NCBI GenBank assembly: GCA_038280095.1
Contig: JAYPYG010000002.1
Coordinates: forward strand, 1 to 60,915
Origin: Fidelibacterota bacterium
GTDB lineage: Bacteria; Fidelibacterota; Marinisomatia; Marinisomatales; Marinisomataceae
Length of the DNA: 60,915 bases
Direction: 5' to 3'
Of the stretch, positions 42,044-52,100 are shown piece by piece (position 1 is the first letter of the stretch; each line of letters starts with the position of its first letter). A model generated the notes under the pieces. It ran no database searches, had not been told where the DNA came from, and worked only from the letters and a program-made list of their open reading frames with translations. Both the position numbers and the translations under genes were made by a program.

Positions 42044-43018
42044 TTAAAGACTGGAATACCATTGAATTCCATATGCTAAAGAAACGCTAATCATTAAGCC
42101 TAGCATTAATCTTAAGAAATCCATATAAAGCATTGGGAAAATAGCTTTTTTATGTCTGTCAGTATATGTCAATTTTCCATAACCAATTGACAGCCAAATA
42201 CCTAGTTCTCTTCCAGCTAACATTCCCATAAATACAAAAGTTGTACTCATAGGAATATTATTTACTTCTTTGAAATAATATAGAACAAAACAATAGACTA
42301 AATCGATTAGGGTAGCAGATCTAACATATCGAGTGTTCGTTTTAGATAAAACAATTTCTTGAATTCGCCCACCTCGCTCATAAAACATAAATGCTAAACC
42401 TAATAACATTATTGAAACAACAAATAGCTGGAATTGAAATGTCTGCACCATGCTATATCTTGGTAAGAAAATCATAATATTTGCTAAATCATGCTTTAGC
42501 CATGTTGACCATAGCCATCCAGTAGTTAACCACTGTGCTACTCTCCAATAGTTATTATATTTGTTGTTACCTTTTTCCCCTTCATAAAGGAAATATTTAC
42601 TGATGACATACCATGAACCGCATGCAAACACAAATGAAACAGCATAACCAACAAAACTTTTAATCAACATTTGCTCCATCACTATAGAAGTTGCAAAAAC
42701 AGAAAGTACTAGGAATGTGGTAGAGACTGGAATTTTTAATCTGGTTAATGCCACTAAAACAAGCGGAGCTAATGCATGATACCATTGAATGGTAATTGGT
42801 TCAAATCTATCTAATCTTCCAAATGCTGGATCATTTATTGAAAAACCTTGAATCATAGTAAAAATAAAAATGGAACCCATGTATACAAACATCCAATACC
42901 ACTTGATATCTCTGTTCGAAGAAATATACGTACCGAGGGTTTGAATACTGTCATTTGCAGTTACAGCATACACCGCAAATAAAAAGCCCAATAAAGACCA
43001 TAGTGTTAGAAAATCCAT
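42044..43018 (-). CDS. Polytopic membrane protein, PiT/PHO4-like phosphate transporter candidate
   Basis: About 9 TMs; ANDSIQT.G near the N-terminus and two P.STT motifs resemble PiT signatures. Confidence 0.55.
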   Translation of the reverse strand: MDFLTLWSLLGFLFAVYAVTANDSIQTLGTYISSNRDIKWYWMFVYMGSIFIFTMIQGFSINDPAFGRLDRFEPITIQWYHALAPLVLVALTRLKIPVSTTFLVLSVFATSIVMEQMLIKSFVGYAVSFVFACGSWYVISKYFLYEGEKGNNKYNNYWRVAQWLTTGWLWSTWLKHDLANIMIFLPRYSMVQTFQFQLFVVSIMLLGLAFMFYERGGRIQEIVLSKTNTRYVRSATLIDLVYCFVLYYFKEVNNIPMSTTFVFMGMLAGRELGIWLSIGYGKLTYTDRHKKAIFPMLYMDFLRLMLGLMISVSLAYGIQWYSSL

Positions 43019-43054
43019 TTTATTTATTTCCTTTTATTGAGCCTGACATGCAAG

Positions 43055-43127
43055 CTCCGGAGGAGGGACTCGAACCCCCGACCTGGTGATTAACAGTCAC
43101 TCGCTCTACCAACTGAGCTACTCCGGA
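43055..43127 (-). tRNA. tRNA-Asn(GTT)
   Basis: TCCGGAG/CTCCGGA acceptor, GTGA-CTGTTAA-TCAC, GGTTCGAGTCC. Confidence 0.96.
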
Positions 43128-43202
43128 AGATGGTAGAAATTTTTAATATTATTATCGAAAAAACAAGTATTATTACTTTTATTTTAGATTAAAAAGAAAA
43201 AA

Positions 43203-45071
43203 TTATAATTCGAGCTCAATAAATAATTTTTTTGAAGGATCAAATTGACCATGATTCTGGACATTTTTAGAGATTTCAATTTTATTGCTTGATGACATTT
43301 TTCCAATGTACGCATGGGTAGATTTGATTCCACCTAAGTACCATCTTGTATCAGATATATATGCAAAGTCTCCTTCTTTAGCACTAAGATTTTTCATTAA
43401 ATCTGCAGGTAAATATATTTTATTGTCTTCATCATCCACAACTTTAATCATATCACCATCAACGGTAATTTTACTACCTGCATTTTCATTAATCTTTGAA
43501 CCTTTAAAGAATGCTGGACCATCTTTAATAGTCCATAGAGTTAATCCTTTAATTTGCTCGTAGTGAGACTGATTTGGTTTTGAAGTAAGCAAAGTTACTA
43601 TCACCCCAATGGATGTACAGGCTACTACGTTGTATAATGCTCTAATATATGACCATGGTTTTGCTTCAACATATTCTATCCCGTGTGAAAATGGTTGAAC
43701 AAAAATTTGAGGATACTGAATTCCAAGGAATATAAATGCGGCACCAATAATAAATGTTAAAACAGCTGCTCTTGATGAAAAGCGCTGCCAGAAAATACCA
43801 AGGAAAATAACTGTAACCATTGGTGGAGTCACTACACTATGAAATGCACCATGAGCCTCATAAATGGTTCCATATTGTGCAAATAAGAATGCTGCCTGTA
43901 TCCCAACAAAAGTAACAAGCAAGGAAGTAAACATGGAAACTCTTAGGCGTGTTTTCTCTGAAGGATTCTTGCTTAATGGCGTATATACATCATTAACCGC
44001 TACCGCTGCTGATGCATTAATTTGTGAATCCAAACTGGACATTAAAGCAGCAACTACTGCTGCCACTAGAAATGCAAAAATTGCTTCTGAGTTAGCTACC
44101 AGGGAAGCAACAACAGTAAAAACACCATTTGCACTTCCATTTGGCAATAAATCAGTTATAACACCAGGTGTCATATTTTCCATAGCTCTAGCCAACCAGC
44201 CTGAATTTGAAACTGCAACAGTACCTATTGGCAAGAAAACCAATACGTTCATCATAGTTGCTCTTCTAGCATGACTAACAGATCGAGATGCTAAAAATCT
44301 CATAATTACTGCCTGATTCATAAATGCAAATCCAACTGAACCCACTACTCCATCTTGCCAGAAAATTCCAACAAAGTTAAAGTCAGGTGGAGAGTTAAAA
44401 TCTGCCAATGGTAACTTATTTGTAGGTGACAAATTGCTCCAGAAGAAATCAAATCCTCCTAAATAAGCAATACCCAAACCAAAAATTAGTAACCCTGCAA
44501 ATAGCAGAATGACACCTTGTAAGAAGTCAGTAAATATAATAGCAGTTTGACCACCTAAGGACACATACGTACCCGATATAATAGCTACTACTATAATAAT
44601 AGTATTAATTTCCCATCCTAAAATTGGTTGCAATAATGATCCTAAAGCCAATAATCCAATACCTATATATCCTACCAGGTATAAAAGCATGGTTATCGTA
44701 GATAAATTTCTTACAGTGGAATTAAATCTACGTTCAAAATATTCAGGAATAGAATTAACCTGCATATAATATATAATTGGAATCCAACCAAACAGTAATA
44801 ATGGCATAAAAAACCAATCATTCATATAGGTCATAGTGGATGAAAACCCATATTCAAAACCTTTAGAAGCATATTTCGCAAAACTATGTGATCCTACACC
44901 AGTTGCCAACATTGACATTCCAATTAACCACCATGAAAATCTTCTTCCGCCAAAAAAGAAGTCTTCGGTTGATTGATTATTTCTTGCAAAAAATAATCCC
45001 GCACCTAATACAAACAAAACATAGCCAGCTAAGATAACCCAAAATAATTCTGAAGTAGCAATGGTATTCAT
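43203..45071 (-). CDS. Sodium:solute symporter (SSS) with C-terminal soluble extension
   Basis: EDFFFGGR..W, SIPEYFERRF, GG..A.I.TDFLQ, AALMSSLDS.INA..A....D.Y. Confidence 0.92.
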   Translation of the reverse strand: MNTIATSELFWVILAGYVLFVLGAGLFFARNNQSTEDFFFGGRRFSWWLIGMSMLATGVGSHSFAKYASKGFEYGFSSTMTYMNDWFFMPLLLFGWIPIIYYMQVNSIPEYFERRFNSTVRNLSTITMLLYLVGYIGIGLLALGSLLQPILGWEINTIIIVVAIISGTYVSLGGQTAIIFTDFLQGVILLFAGLLIFGLGIAYLGGFDFFWSNLSPTNKLPLADFNSPPDFNFVGIFWQDGVVGSVGFAFMNQAVIMRFLASRSVSHARRATMMNVLVFLPIGTVAVSNSGWLARAMENMTPGVITDLLPNGSANGVFTVVASLVANSEAIFAFLVAAVVAALMSSLDSQINASAAVAVNDVYTPLSKNPSEKTRLRVSMFTSLLVTFVGIQAAFLFAQYGTIYEAHGAFHSVVTPPMVTVIFLGIFWQRFSSRAAVLTFIIGAAFIFLGIQYPQIFVQPFSHGIEYVEAKPWSYIRALYNVVACTSIGVIVTLLTSKPNQSHYEQIKGLTLWTIKDGPAFFKGSKINENAGSKITVDGDMIKVVDDEDNKIYLPADLMKNLSAKEGDFAYISDTRWYLGGIKSTHAYIGKMSSSNKIEISKNVQNHGQFDPSKKLFIELEL

Positions 45072-45352
45072 GTAATTTTCCTAGTTAATAAAAAGACATT
45101 AAATATATATAAAGATAAAATTACTAAGTATAACTGAGGGTAATCATTCAGGGCTGAGATAGTCATTAATAAGTGAATAGAAGAAACATAAATGAACCCC
45201 CAAATCAAAATCTGAATCCATATCCTATATTGATTCCAGAACTCTTTGCCACCATAAGCTTTAAATACTGCAAAAAGCCCTCCACCAAAAATCAATATAC
45301 CAAAACCATATTGGTATATAAAAGGAAGCCAGGAATGTGAAAATAGATCCAT
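45068..45352 (-). CDS. Small 3-TM membrane protein
   Basis: Hydrophobic; ATGA-type overlap with the SSS gene. Confidence 0.65.
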   Translation of the reverse strand: MDLFSHSWLPFIYQYGFGILIFGGGLFAVFKAYGGKEFWNQYRIWIQILIWGFIYVSSIHLLMTISALNDYPQLYLVILSLYIFNVFLLTRKIT

Positions 45353-45849
45353 TATAGTTCTTCCTTAAATAATTTTAATAATTGCTTATAAGTATCATCT
45401 AACGTTTGAGCCATTACTTTTGTATTTCCAATAACGGGCATAAAAGATGTGTCGCTTTTCCAGCGAGGAACAATATGAAAATGCAAATGAGATTGAATGG
45501 AAGCACCCGAGCCTTCACCTATGTTAGCCCCAAAATTAAATCCATCACAATTAAAACTATTTCTTAATATTTTCATCACTTTTTTAGAAGTAGACATAAT
45601 CTCAGATAAAACTTCATCTTCGAGTTCTTCAAATCTATCAACTTCTTTATAAGGAATAACCATCAAATGTCCATTATTATAAGGATAATAATTCATTATT
45701 ACATAACAATGTTTTGCACGATGAAGGATTAAATGTTCTTTATCGTTATCTTCATTTATAAAATCGGAAAAAATCTTTTGAGAATCTTGCTTCTTATTTT
45801 TGAGGTAATCCATTTTCCATGGAGCCCATAAATGTTTTTGGTTACTCAT
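45352..45849 (-). CDS. HIT-family hydrolase (Ap4A phosphorylase/hydrolase-like)
   Basis: LWAPW, N.YPYNNGHLM, N.G..SGASI..HLHFHIVPRW..D.SFMP. Confidence 0.93.
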   Translation of the reverse strand: MSNQKHLWAPWKMDYLKNKKQDSQKIFSDFINEDNDKEHLILHRAKHCYVIMNYYPYNNGHLMVIPYKEVDRFEELEDEVLSEIMSTSKKVMKILRNSFNCDGFNFGANIGEGSGASIQSHLHFHIVPRWKSDTSFMPVIGNTKVMAQTLDDTYKQLLKLFKEEL

Positions 45850-46124
45850 CTACTATCTGTTTTTGCTTGATTAATTAAATCTCTTAGCATGGGTTTAATA
45901 TAAACATTATCAAGATTAATTTGACTAAAACACTTTGCTAAAACATACAATCTCTGTTCAAGAGGTTTGTGCTTATTGATTACAATAGTATCATCGGAAA
46001 ATAATAAACAGTTGTCACCATTAAAATCACCTTTATCATGTATGATTTTTATGTTACATTTTTCTCCAAGTTCTAGAAAATCTTCTAATAATTGTGTTTT
46101 CTTTTTATCAGGCTTTTTTTTCAT
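45846..46124 (-). CDS. Conserved hypothetical protein (92 aa)
   Basis: Translationally coupled on both sides; KGDF.G..C...IVINK..LDNVYIKP.LR pattern. Confidence 0.7.
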   Translation of the reverse strand: MKKKPDKKKTQLLEDFLELGEKCNIKIIHDKGDFNGDNCLLFSDDTIVINKHKPLEQRLYVLAKCFSQINLDNVYIKPMLRDLINQAKTDSR

Positions 46125-46531
46125 TTACCAATTCCAGTTAAATCACTGCTGCTTCTTTTCTTCTCACCTAAACCATCGACCATTTTAATATTATATTTTC
46201 TCATAACGGCAGTTTCAGGAATTTCTTCCAAAGATCTATCTCCTCCGTTTGCAAAAATATCAGGTTTTATGGCTTCCAAGCTTTTACAAACACTCGCGTC
46301 TGCATCAATACTTAAAAAAACTTCATCAACGCATTTGAGGGCAGCAACAATTTCCATCCTATCTTTTTCATCCATAAAAAAACTGCCCTTCTTCATTTCT
46401 GCTTGATGATTATTGTTTATAATAACAATTAATTTATCCCCCAATTGACTAGCGAGCTGCAAATATTCAAGATGTCCAACATGAATTGGATCAAAATATC
46501 CACTAACAGCTACTACTATTTCTTTATTCAT
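46121..46531 (-). CDS. Stand-alone cytidylyl/adenylyltransferase (TagD/RfaE-II-like)
   Basis: SGYFDPIHVGH (HxGH), R.EIV.ALK.VDEV, KPDIFANGGD, SSS. Start moved to ATG 46531. Confidence 0.9.
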   Translation of the reverse strand: MNKEIVVAVSGYFDPIHVGHLEYLQLASQLGDKLIVIINNNHQAEMKKGSFFMDEKDRMEIVAALKCVDEVFLSIDADASVCKSLEAIKPDIFANGGDRSLEEIPETAVMRKYNIKMVDGLGEKKRSSSDLTGIGK

Positions 46532-47592
46532 TGATTTGTACTCCAATCTTCTATTTCTAATTCCCAATTTGTCCTTAATATTAATGAGTCTGGATAAACA
46601 TAGAATTTTTCTGAGTTACTATCATCTTGCAAATTTCCAGTATCAAGAATCTTATTATTATTTCGATCTTGATAAGCAAGTAATTGATACGTTCCACTGA
46701 TTACATTATCAATTTTAAATTTTCCATCAAAAGATAATTCTGTTTTAAAACTATTATCTTTATTTCTTAATTCAATAACAACAGGAAGAATATAATTGCC
46801 ATTTAGATTACCTACAATATTTGCAAATTGCTCTATATCCTCTTTAATTTTCATGGAATCTGGTTCAACTTCAATTTCCTCAACATTAAAAAAGAAATTT
46901 AAATCTAAAGTATTATCTTTTGTTAATTCAATAAAGCTTTCTGAAAAAAATGATAATTTATTTTTTTCTAATGATAGTTTTGGATTATATAAATCGACAG
47001 CCAGCACAGTGTATTTCTCATATGCTAAATAACCAAAACTAAATTTATCAGTAGATGAAATTATATAATCAGGTTTCCTTGAAAGTAATTCACTCTTATC
47101 AATTATTCCTTTCCATAACAAGATTGAAGGTTTACTGTATGATCCAAATATTTTTCCTTTGATTGCTGCTTGATTGATTGAATTTGAAAGACTTATTGGA
47201 ATAACAATGTTTTCATCTAACTTAACATTTTGCTCATCGGATAAATTGGAATTCAATGATATAACATATGTTTTGTCCTTATCAAGATTGGATGGTAACG
47301 TAATTATTACCTCTTTTCCATAATATTCAAAATCAATTTTTTGATTTACAGTTGGAAAAAGTTCGATTGCGTTTTTAAGAGACTCTTCTTTAATAAACTC
47401 ATTAAAAGATAAGGTAATTTGTTGCCCCTGATTTAGATTAGTTAAAATTGCTGGAGTAGTTGACTTTAATTTTGGTGGATCAGAATCTAAAGGTCCTCCC
47501 TTAGGCGCTTTAACAGATGCACATGAAAATAGAACTAGCAAACATAGAGCTAAGAGTATCTTATTTAATTGATTCAAGAACATCAGATGCAT
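46528..47592 (-). CDS. Lipoprotein with Ig-like (Big_5-type) domain
   Basis: Lipobox LFSC, A....P.GGP.D..PP, L.FNEFI, TY.I.L...L.D. Confidence 0.7.
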   Translation of the reverse strand: MHLMFLNQLNKILLALCLLVLFSCASVKAPKGGPLDSDPPKLKSTTPAILTNLNQGQQITLSFNEFIKEESLKNAIELFPTVNQKIDFEYYGKEVIITLPSNLDKDKTYVISLNSNLSDEQNVKLDENIVIPISLSNSINQAAIKGKIFGSYSKPSILLWKGIIDKSELLSRKPDYIISSTDKFSFGYLAYEKYTVLAVDLYNPKLSLEKNKLSFFSESFIELTKDNTLDLNFFFNVEEIEVEPDSMKIKEDIEQFANIVGNLNGNYILPVVIELRNKDNSFKTELSFDGKFKIDNVISGTYQLLAYQDRNNNKILDTGNLQDDSNSEKFYVYPDSLILRTNWELEIEDWSTNQ

Positions 47593-48016
47593 GTGTTGCA
47601 GTTTTTACTTTACTATAAGCTTGTTCAATCATTCCATTTTCATCTATTAGATAAGATATCCTAAGAATACCCTCATATTCTCTTCCATACATTTTTTTAA
47701 GCCCCCATGCTTTATATTTTTTTAGGACACTTAATTCCGTATCTGATAAAATATCAAATTTAAATTCATTTTTTGTGCAAAAGTTTTTTTGAGCTTTAAC
47801 TGAATCTTTACTAACACCTAAGATAGAAATATTTTGTTTGTTAAAATTTTTGATGAGCTCATTGAACCCTATTCCTTCTTTAGTACAACCACTTGTACTT
47901 GCCTTGGGGAAAAACCATATAAGCAACTTTTGACCTTTAAAATCTTTTAAAGATATAACGGTATCATCCTGATTTGGCAATGAAAACTCTGGAGCTTTTT
48001 GACCAATTTTTAACAT
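47561..48016 (-). CDS. bcp: Peroxiredoxin Bcp/PrxQ
   Basis: G.KAPEFSL, FFPKASTSGCTKE, GVSKD, R.SYLID..G. Confidence 0.95.
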   Translation of the reverse strand: MLKIGQKAPEFSLPNQDDTVISLKDFKGQKLLIWFFPKASTSGCTKEGIGFNELIKNFNKQNISILGVSKDSVKAQKNFCTKNEFKFDILSDTELSVLKKYKAWGLKKMYGREYEGILRISYLIDENGMIEQAYSKVKTATHASDVLESIK

Positions 48017-48019
48017 AAT

Positions 48020-49141
48020 TTAATTCTCATACATTTTTAAATACTTATCAGACCATTTTACAAAAGTATTATTATTAATTTCATTTTTTATTTCATCTAT
48101 CAAATCCAAATAATATGCTATGTTGGTTAAGGTTGCAATCCTCAGTCCAAACATCTCATTAACTTTAAAGAGGTGTCTTAGATATGACTTTGAAAAAGTT
48201 TTTGCATACTCTATTGAACTATGTTTATCTATTGGTGATATATCATTTGAATAAGCACTATTCATAATGTTTATAACACCATCATGTGTGAATATCTGAC
48301 CATTTCTTGCATTCCTGGCGGGCAGCACACAATCAAACATATCTACCCCTCGTAAAATTGCTTTTACCAAATCTGTAGGCTTACCAACTCCCATCAAATA
48401 TCTTGGTTGATCTACAGGCATATTTTTTCCTAATAACTCAACAATATCAAGCATTGGTTCTTTTTTTTCGCCAACTGAAAGTCCTCCAATTGCTATTCCG
48501 CATGTAGCATATGGAAGCATTTGATTCAAACATTTTAATCTTTCTTCTGGATTAATACCCCCTTGAATTATTGGGAAAAGCGTTTGATTGTGACCATAAA
48601 TGCTCGTTTTATCGTTTAGATATTCAAAAGCTTGCTTGGTCCATTTTTCAGTTAAAGTTGATGCTCTTCTAAGCTCTTTTTCAGTGCAATCTGCGGGAGG
48701 GCAATAATCAAAAGCCATAATTATGTCAGAACCTAACTGTCTTTGAACTTCCATAGATTTTTGGGGAGTAAAAAAATGTTCACTTCCATCTAAATGCGAT
48801 CTAAAATTTACACCATCGCTAGTTATTTCGTTCATGTTGCTTAAAGAGAATACTTGATATCCACCACTATCAGTTAGAATGCTTTTATCCCAATTTAAAA
48901 ATTTATGTAAACCTTCATTTTCATTTATAATCTCGGTTCCCGGTCTTAAATATAAATGATAGGTATTTGAAAGCATTATTTGAACGCTCATAGCATTTAA
49001 GTCATCTGGAGATAGCGTTTTTACAACACCATGGGTTCCTACTGGCATAAAAACTGGAGTTTCTATTGTGGAATGATCTGTTTCGATCAAGCCTGTTCTA
49101 GCTAGAGAATTATTATCTTCAGATAAAACTGAGAATTTCAA
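48020..49141 (-). CDS. tgt: tRNA-guanine transglycosylase
   Basis: TPVFMPVGT, NTYHLYLRPG, LTDSGGYQVFSL, GSDI.MAFD.C, GGLSVGE, YLMGVG.P, DMFDCVLP.RNARNG. Confidence 0.97.
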   Translation of the reverse strand: MKFSVLSEDNNSLARTGLIETDHSTIETPVFMPVGTHGVVKTLSPDDLNAMSVQIMLSNTYHLYLRPGTEIINENEGLHKFLNWDKSILTDSGGYQVFSLSNMNEITSDGVNFRSHLDGSEHFFTPQKSMEVQRQLGSDIIMAFDYCPPADCTEKELRRASTLTEKWTKQAFEYLNDKTSIYGHNQTLFPIIQGGINPEERLKCLNQMLPYATCGIAIGGLSVGEKKEPMLDIVELLGKNMPVDQPRYLMGVGKPTDLVKAILRGVDMFDCVLPARNARNGQIFTHDGVINIMNSAYSNDISPIDKHSSIEYAKTFSKSYLRHLFKVNEMFGLRIATLTNIAYYLDLIDEIKNEINNNTFVKWSDKYLKMYEN

Positions 49142-49146
49142 AACAT

Positions 49147-52100
49147 TTACCAGTCGTAACCGAAAGATATTATATATTGAGGTTTTGAATAACCTCCGCT
49201 TGGGTATTTATCCCATGCTGTATCAATTCTAATTAAAGCAAATGGAGTAAAAATTTTGGTTCCGATACCAAAGGTAGTCAATATTGGAGAAGCTTCAGGG
49301 TCTGTAAGCCCATATTTATTTCTAACTAACTCACTATTATTAAATTCATCAGATGAATCCCAGGCTGCTCCAACATCTACAAAAAGATGACCAAAAATAT
49401 TACCAAATCTAATCCTAGCAGGAAAACCTACATCAACATAGTTTACAAATGGGAATCTAAATTCAAAGTTAGCTACAGCTACATTTTCTCCCACTCTTTC
49501 TCTATATCTTGCACCTCTTAATGGAAATACATATTCACTAAAATAAACATCCTCTAGAATGCTTGTATTGTCATAATCGAGGACTCGTTGAGCGTAAAAT
49601 CCTGAATCATCTCTTCCTTCTGTTTGCGTGTCTGAAAAAATCATCATTTGTGAATTTCCACCTAAGAAAAACTTTTGAGGTCTATCTCCAACGCTTTTAC
49701 CCAACATCAACCTTGCCGCTAAACTATAATTTCTGTTAATCTTATAATATTTTCGCATATCAAATTTTAGAGTTTGAAATGGAATAGAATTTGAACCTAT
49801 ATCAGGGCTAAATTGAAATGTAAGATATTGCTTAAATCCATCCACTGGACCAGTATAACCATTAGTAGAATTATCAAATACAAAACTTGTAATAGGAACC
49901 ACTGCTTTTAAATTTTCTTTATAATTTGTTGATGTCTGAAAAGTAAAAATATCAAATTGCTTAATTTCATAATCTACATTTCTAAGTGTTGCTCCAAAAT
50001 CTAATCTCATAAATTTAGAAAAAGGGTATTGTCCGTAAAATCCAATACCGTAATCTCTAAGTTGGCCAATGAAGTCATAATTCATATTATATCCTAAAGA
50101 AAATGTATTAGCCTGTTGAAATAATGTAGTATAATAATTTGTTCTATTTTTTAGATATGCATACTGAACTACTAAATCGCTATTATTTAAATCTAGAACT
50201 AAATTGGTACCAACGTTGATTCTATGATCACCCATTACGTCGCTCCACGATAAGTTTGCAACACCACGAGTTCCAAAAAGATTATCAATGGTTGCTGTAG
50301 TGGCGATATAATCTACAGAAAAATCCGTTTGATATTTTCTTGCTAAATAATCATCCTGAAAACGCAAAGAATCAACTTCTACTTCTTTATTATTATCTTT
50401 CTTATCATTTCTATACTGATAATTTCTGGCAAAAATATATTTGGAATAATCTTCTGGACTTAATGAGGCTTTTTTGCTTGTAAAAGTTCTTAAATCTTCA
50501 AAATCGGTACTGCGGTTTTTATTTGCATAAAATTTTGTAGGCTTAATTTCCTGTTCTGAAAAAGAATTAGGATTATTCATTATATATAAATCCCAACCTT
50601 GTTTCTTAAATCCTGAAAAAACCAAATTATCATTACTATCTAAATCTATCTGCTGAACACCAGTAACAACATTAGTAATTGGAAAAGCTTCATCGTTACT
50701 AAGATTATGTTTAAAAATATTTGTAATACCATTATAGTCTGCAGTATAAAATAAATTTCCATCTGAACTGACAACTGGGTAATTTTCATTATATTCAGTA
50801 TTAGTTATTTGAGAAACTGTATTGGTTTGATAACTATATTGAAATATATCGGTTTGAGAAAAATCTACATCATACATACTGTTAGTGCTATTATTTTGAC
50901 CTCTATCTGAAGTAAAATAAATTATTTCACCATTTGAAGACCAGCTTGGTGAAGATTCTGAAAAAATATCATTGGTAATGTTTGTAACCTCTTTTGTTGT
51001 TAAATCAATAACATAAATGTCACTTGAATCATCCTTGTGACCCATAAATGCAATCTTATTTTCAGTTGGGTGCCATGAAGTAGTAAAAACTCCATCAAGA
51101 TCTATAGGAATCTTTTTATATTTTCCAGATTTAATATCTACAATGATAATTGAATCTTGCTCTCCACTCTTAGAAGCAAATGATATAGATTTTCCATCTG
51201 GTGACCAAGAAATTCCAGGTTGCAACCATTTTAATTCCTCAAAATCTGGAGTAGTATTTCCTCTAATTAGGCGCCTTTTTTGCTTTTCAGAATCAACCTC
51301 ATATAAAATTAAATCCATATAGCCATCTTGGTCAGAAAAGTAAGCAATAGTATTACCATCTGGCGAAAATGATGGGCTAACATTATAAAAATTTCTTGTT
51401 TCAGTTCTATCAGTTATTTTTGTTGAAAAGTCATCAAAATTTTCCCTATTTACTAGGTCAGGCCAATATTCCCTTTTAACAAAATCATGCCAATCTTCAG
51501 TAAGTTTTTCATAATTAACTCCCAAAGCGCTTTCAAAACCGCGCTCATCATTCTGCGCTCTTTTCATTTGCTGAAAAATTTCACCAACTTTCTCTCTACC
51601 ATATTTTTGAGTAATGTATTGCCAAACAGACTGTCCTCCTTTATATGCTAAAATAGAATAATTAAGTTCAGGTATTGAAGGCAGTCTGTCTTCTATTGCT
51701 AGATCTCTTAGTACCATATCTGAATTAGTATCCCAGTCAACAGATAAAAATTCAGCTAAACCTTCATTAGCCCATAGCGGAACTTGAACTCGGATTCTTC
51801 CACTTATCAAACCCTGTGCATTCCCTCCATACACCAGCTCATTTATGGCTGCATGAACGAGCTCATGATGTATTACATGTTCAAACTGTTCATATGAGCC
51901 TTCAAAAGGAATAACAATTCTATTTTTATATAATTCCGTTACTCCCCCAACACCCTCTGACATATATACATTTACAACGTTTGTTTGCTGGAAATCGTTA
52001 TGGGATGTATAAACAATGATTTTAATTGGCTTATTACTTCTCCATCTTAAATGTTTTCCAATTTGCTCGATGGATCTTTCTGCTACTTTAGATGTAAAAA

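Noticed and set aside
47561-48016. Bcp lacking the CxxxxC resolving cysteine
   Set aside because: A Cys in helix 3 (KNFC) fits the known alpha3-type PrxQ.
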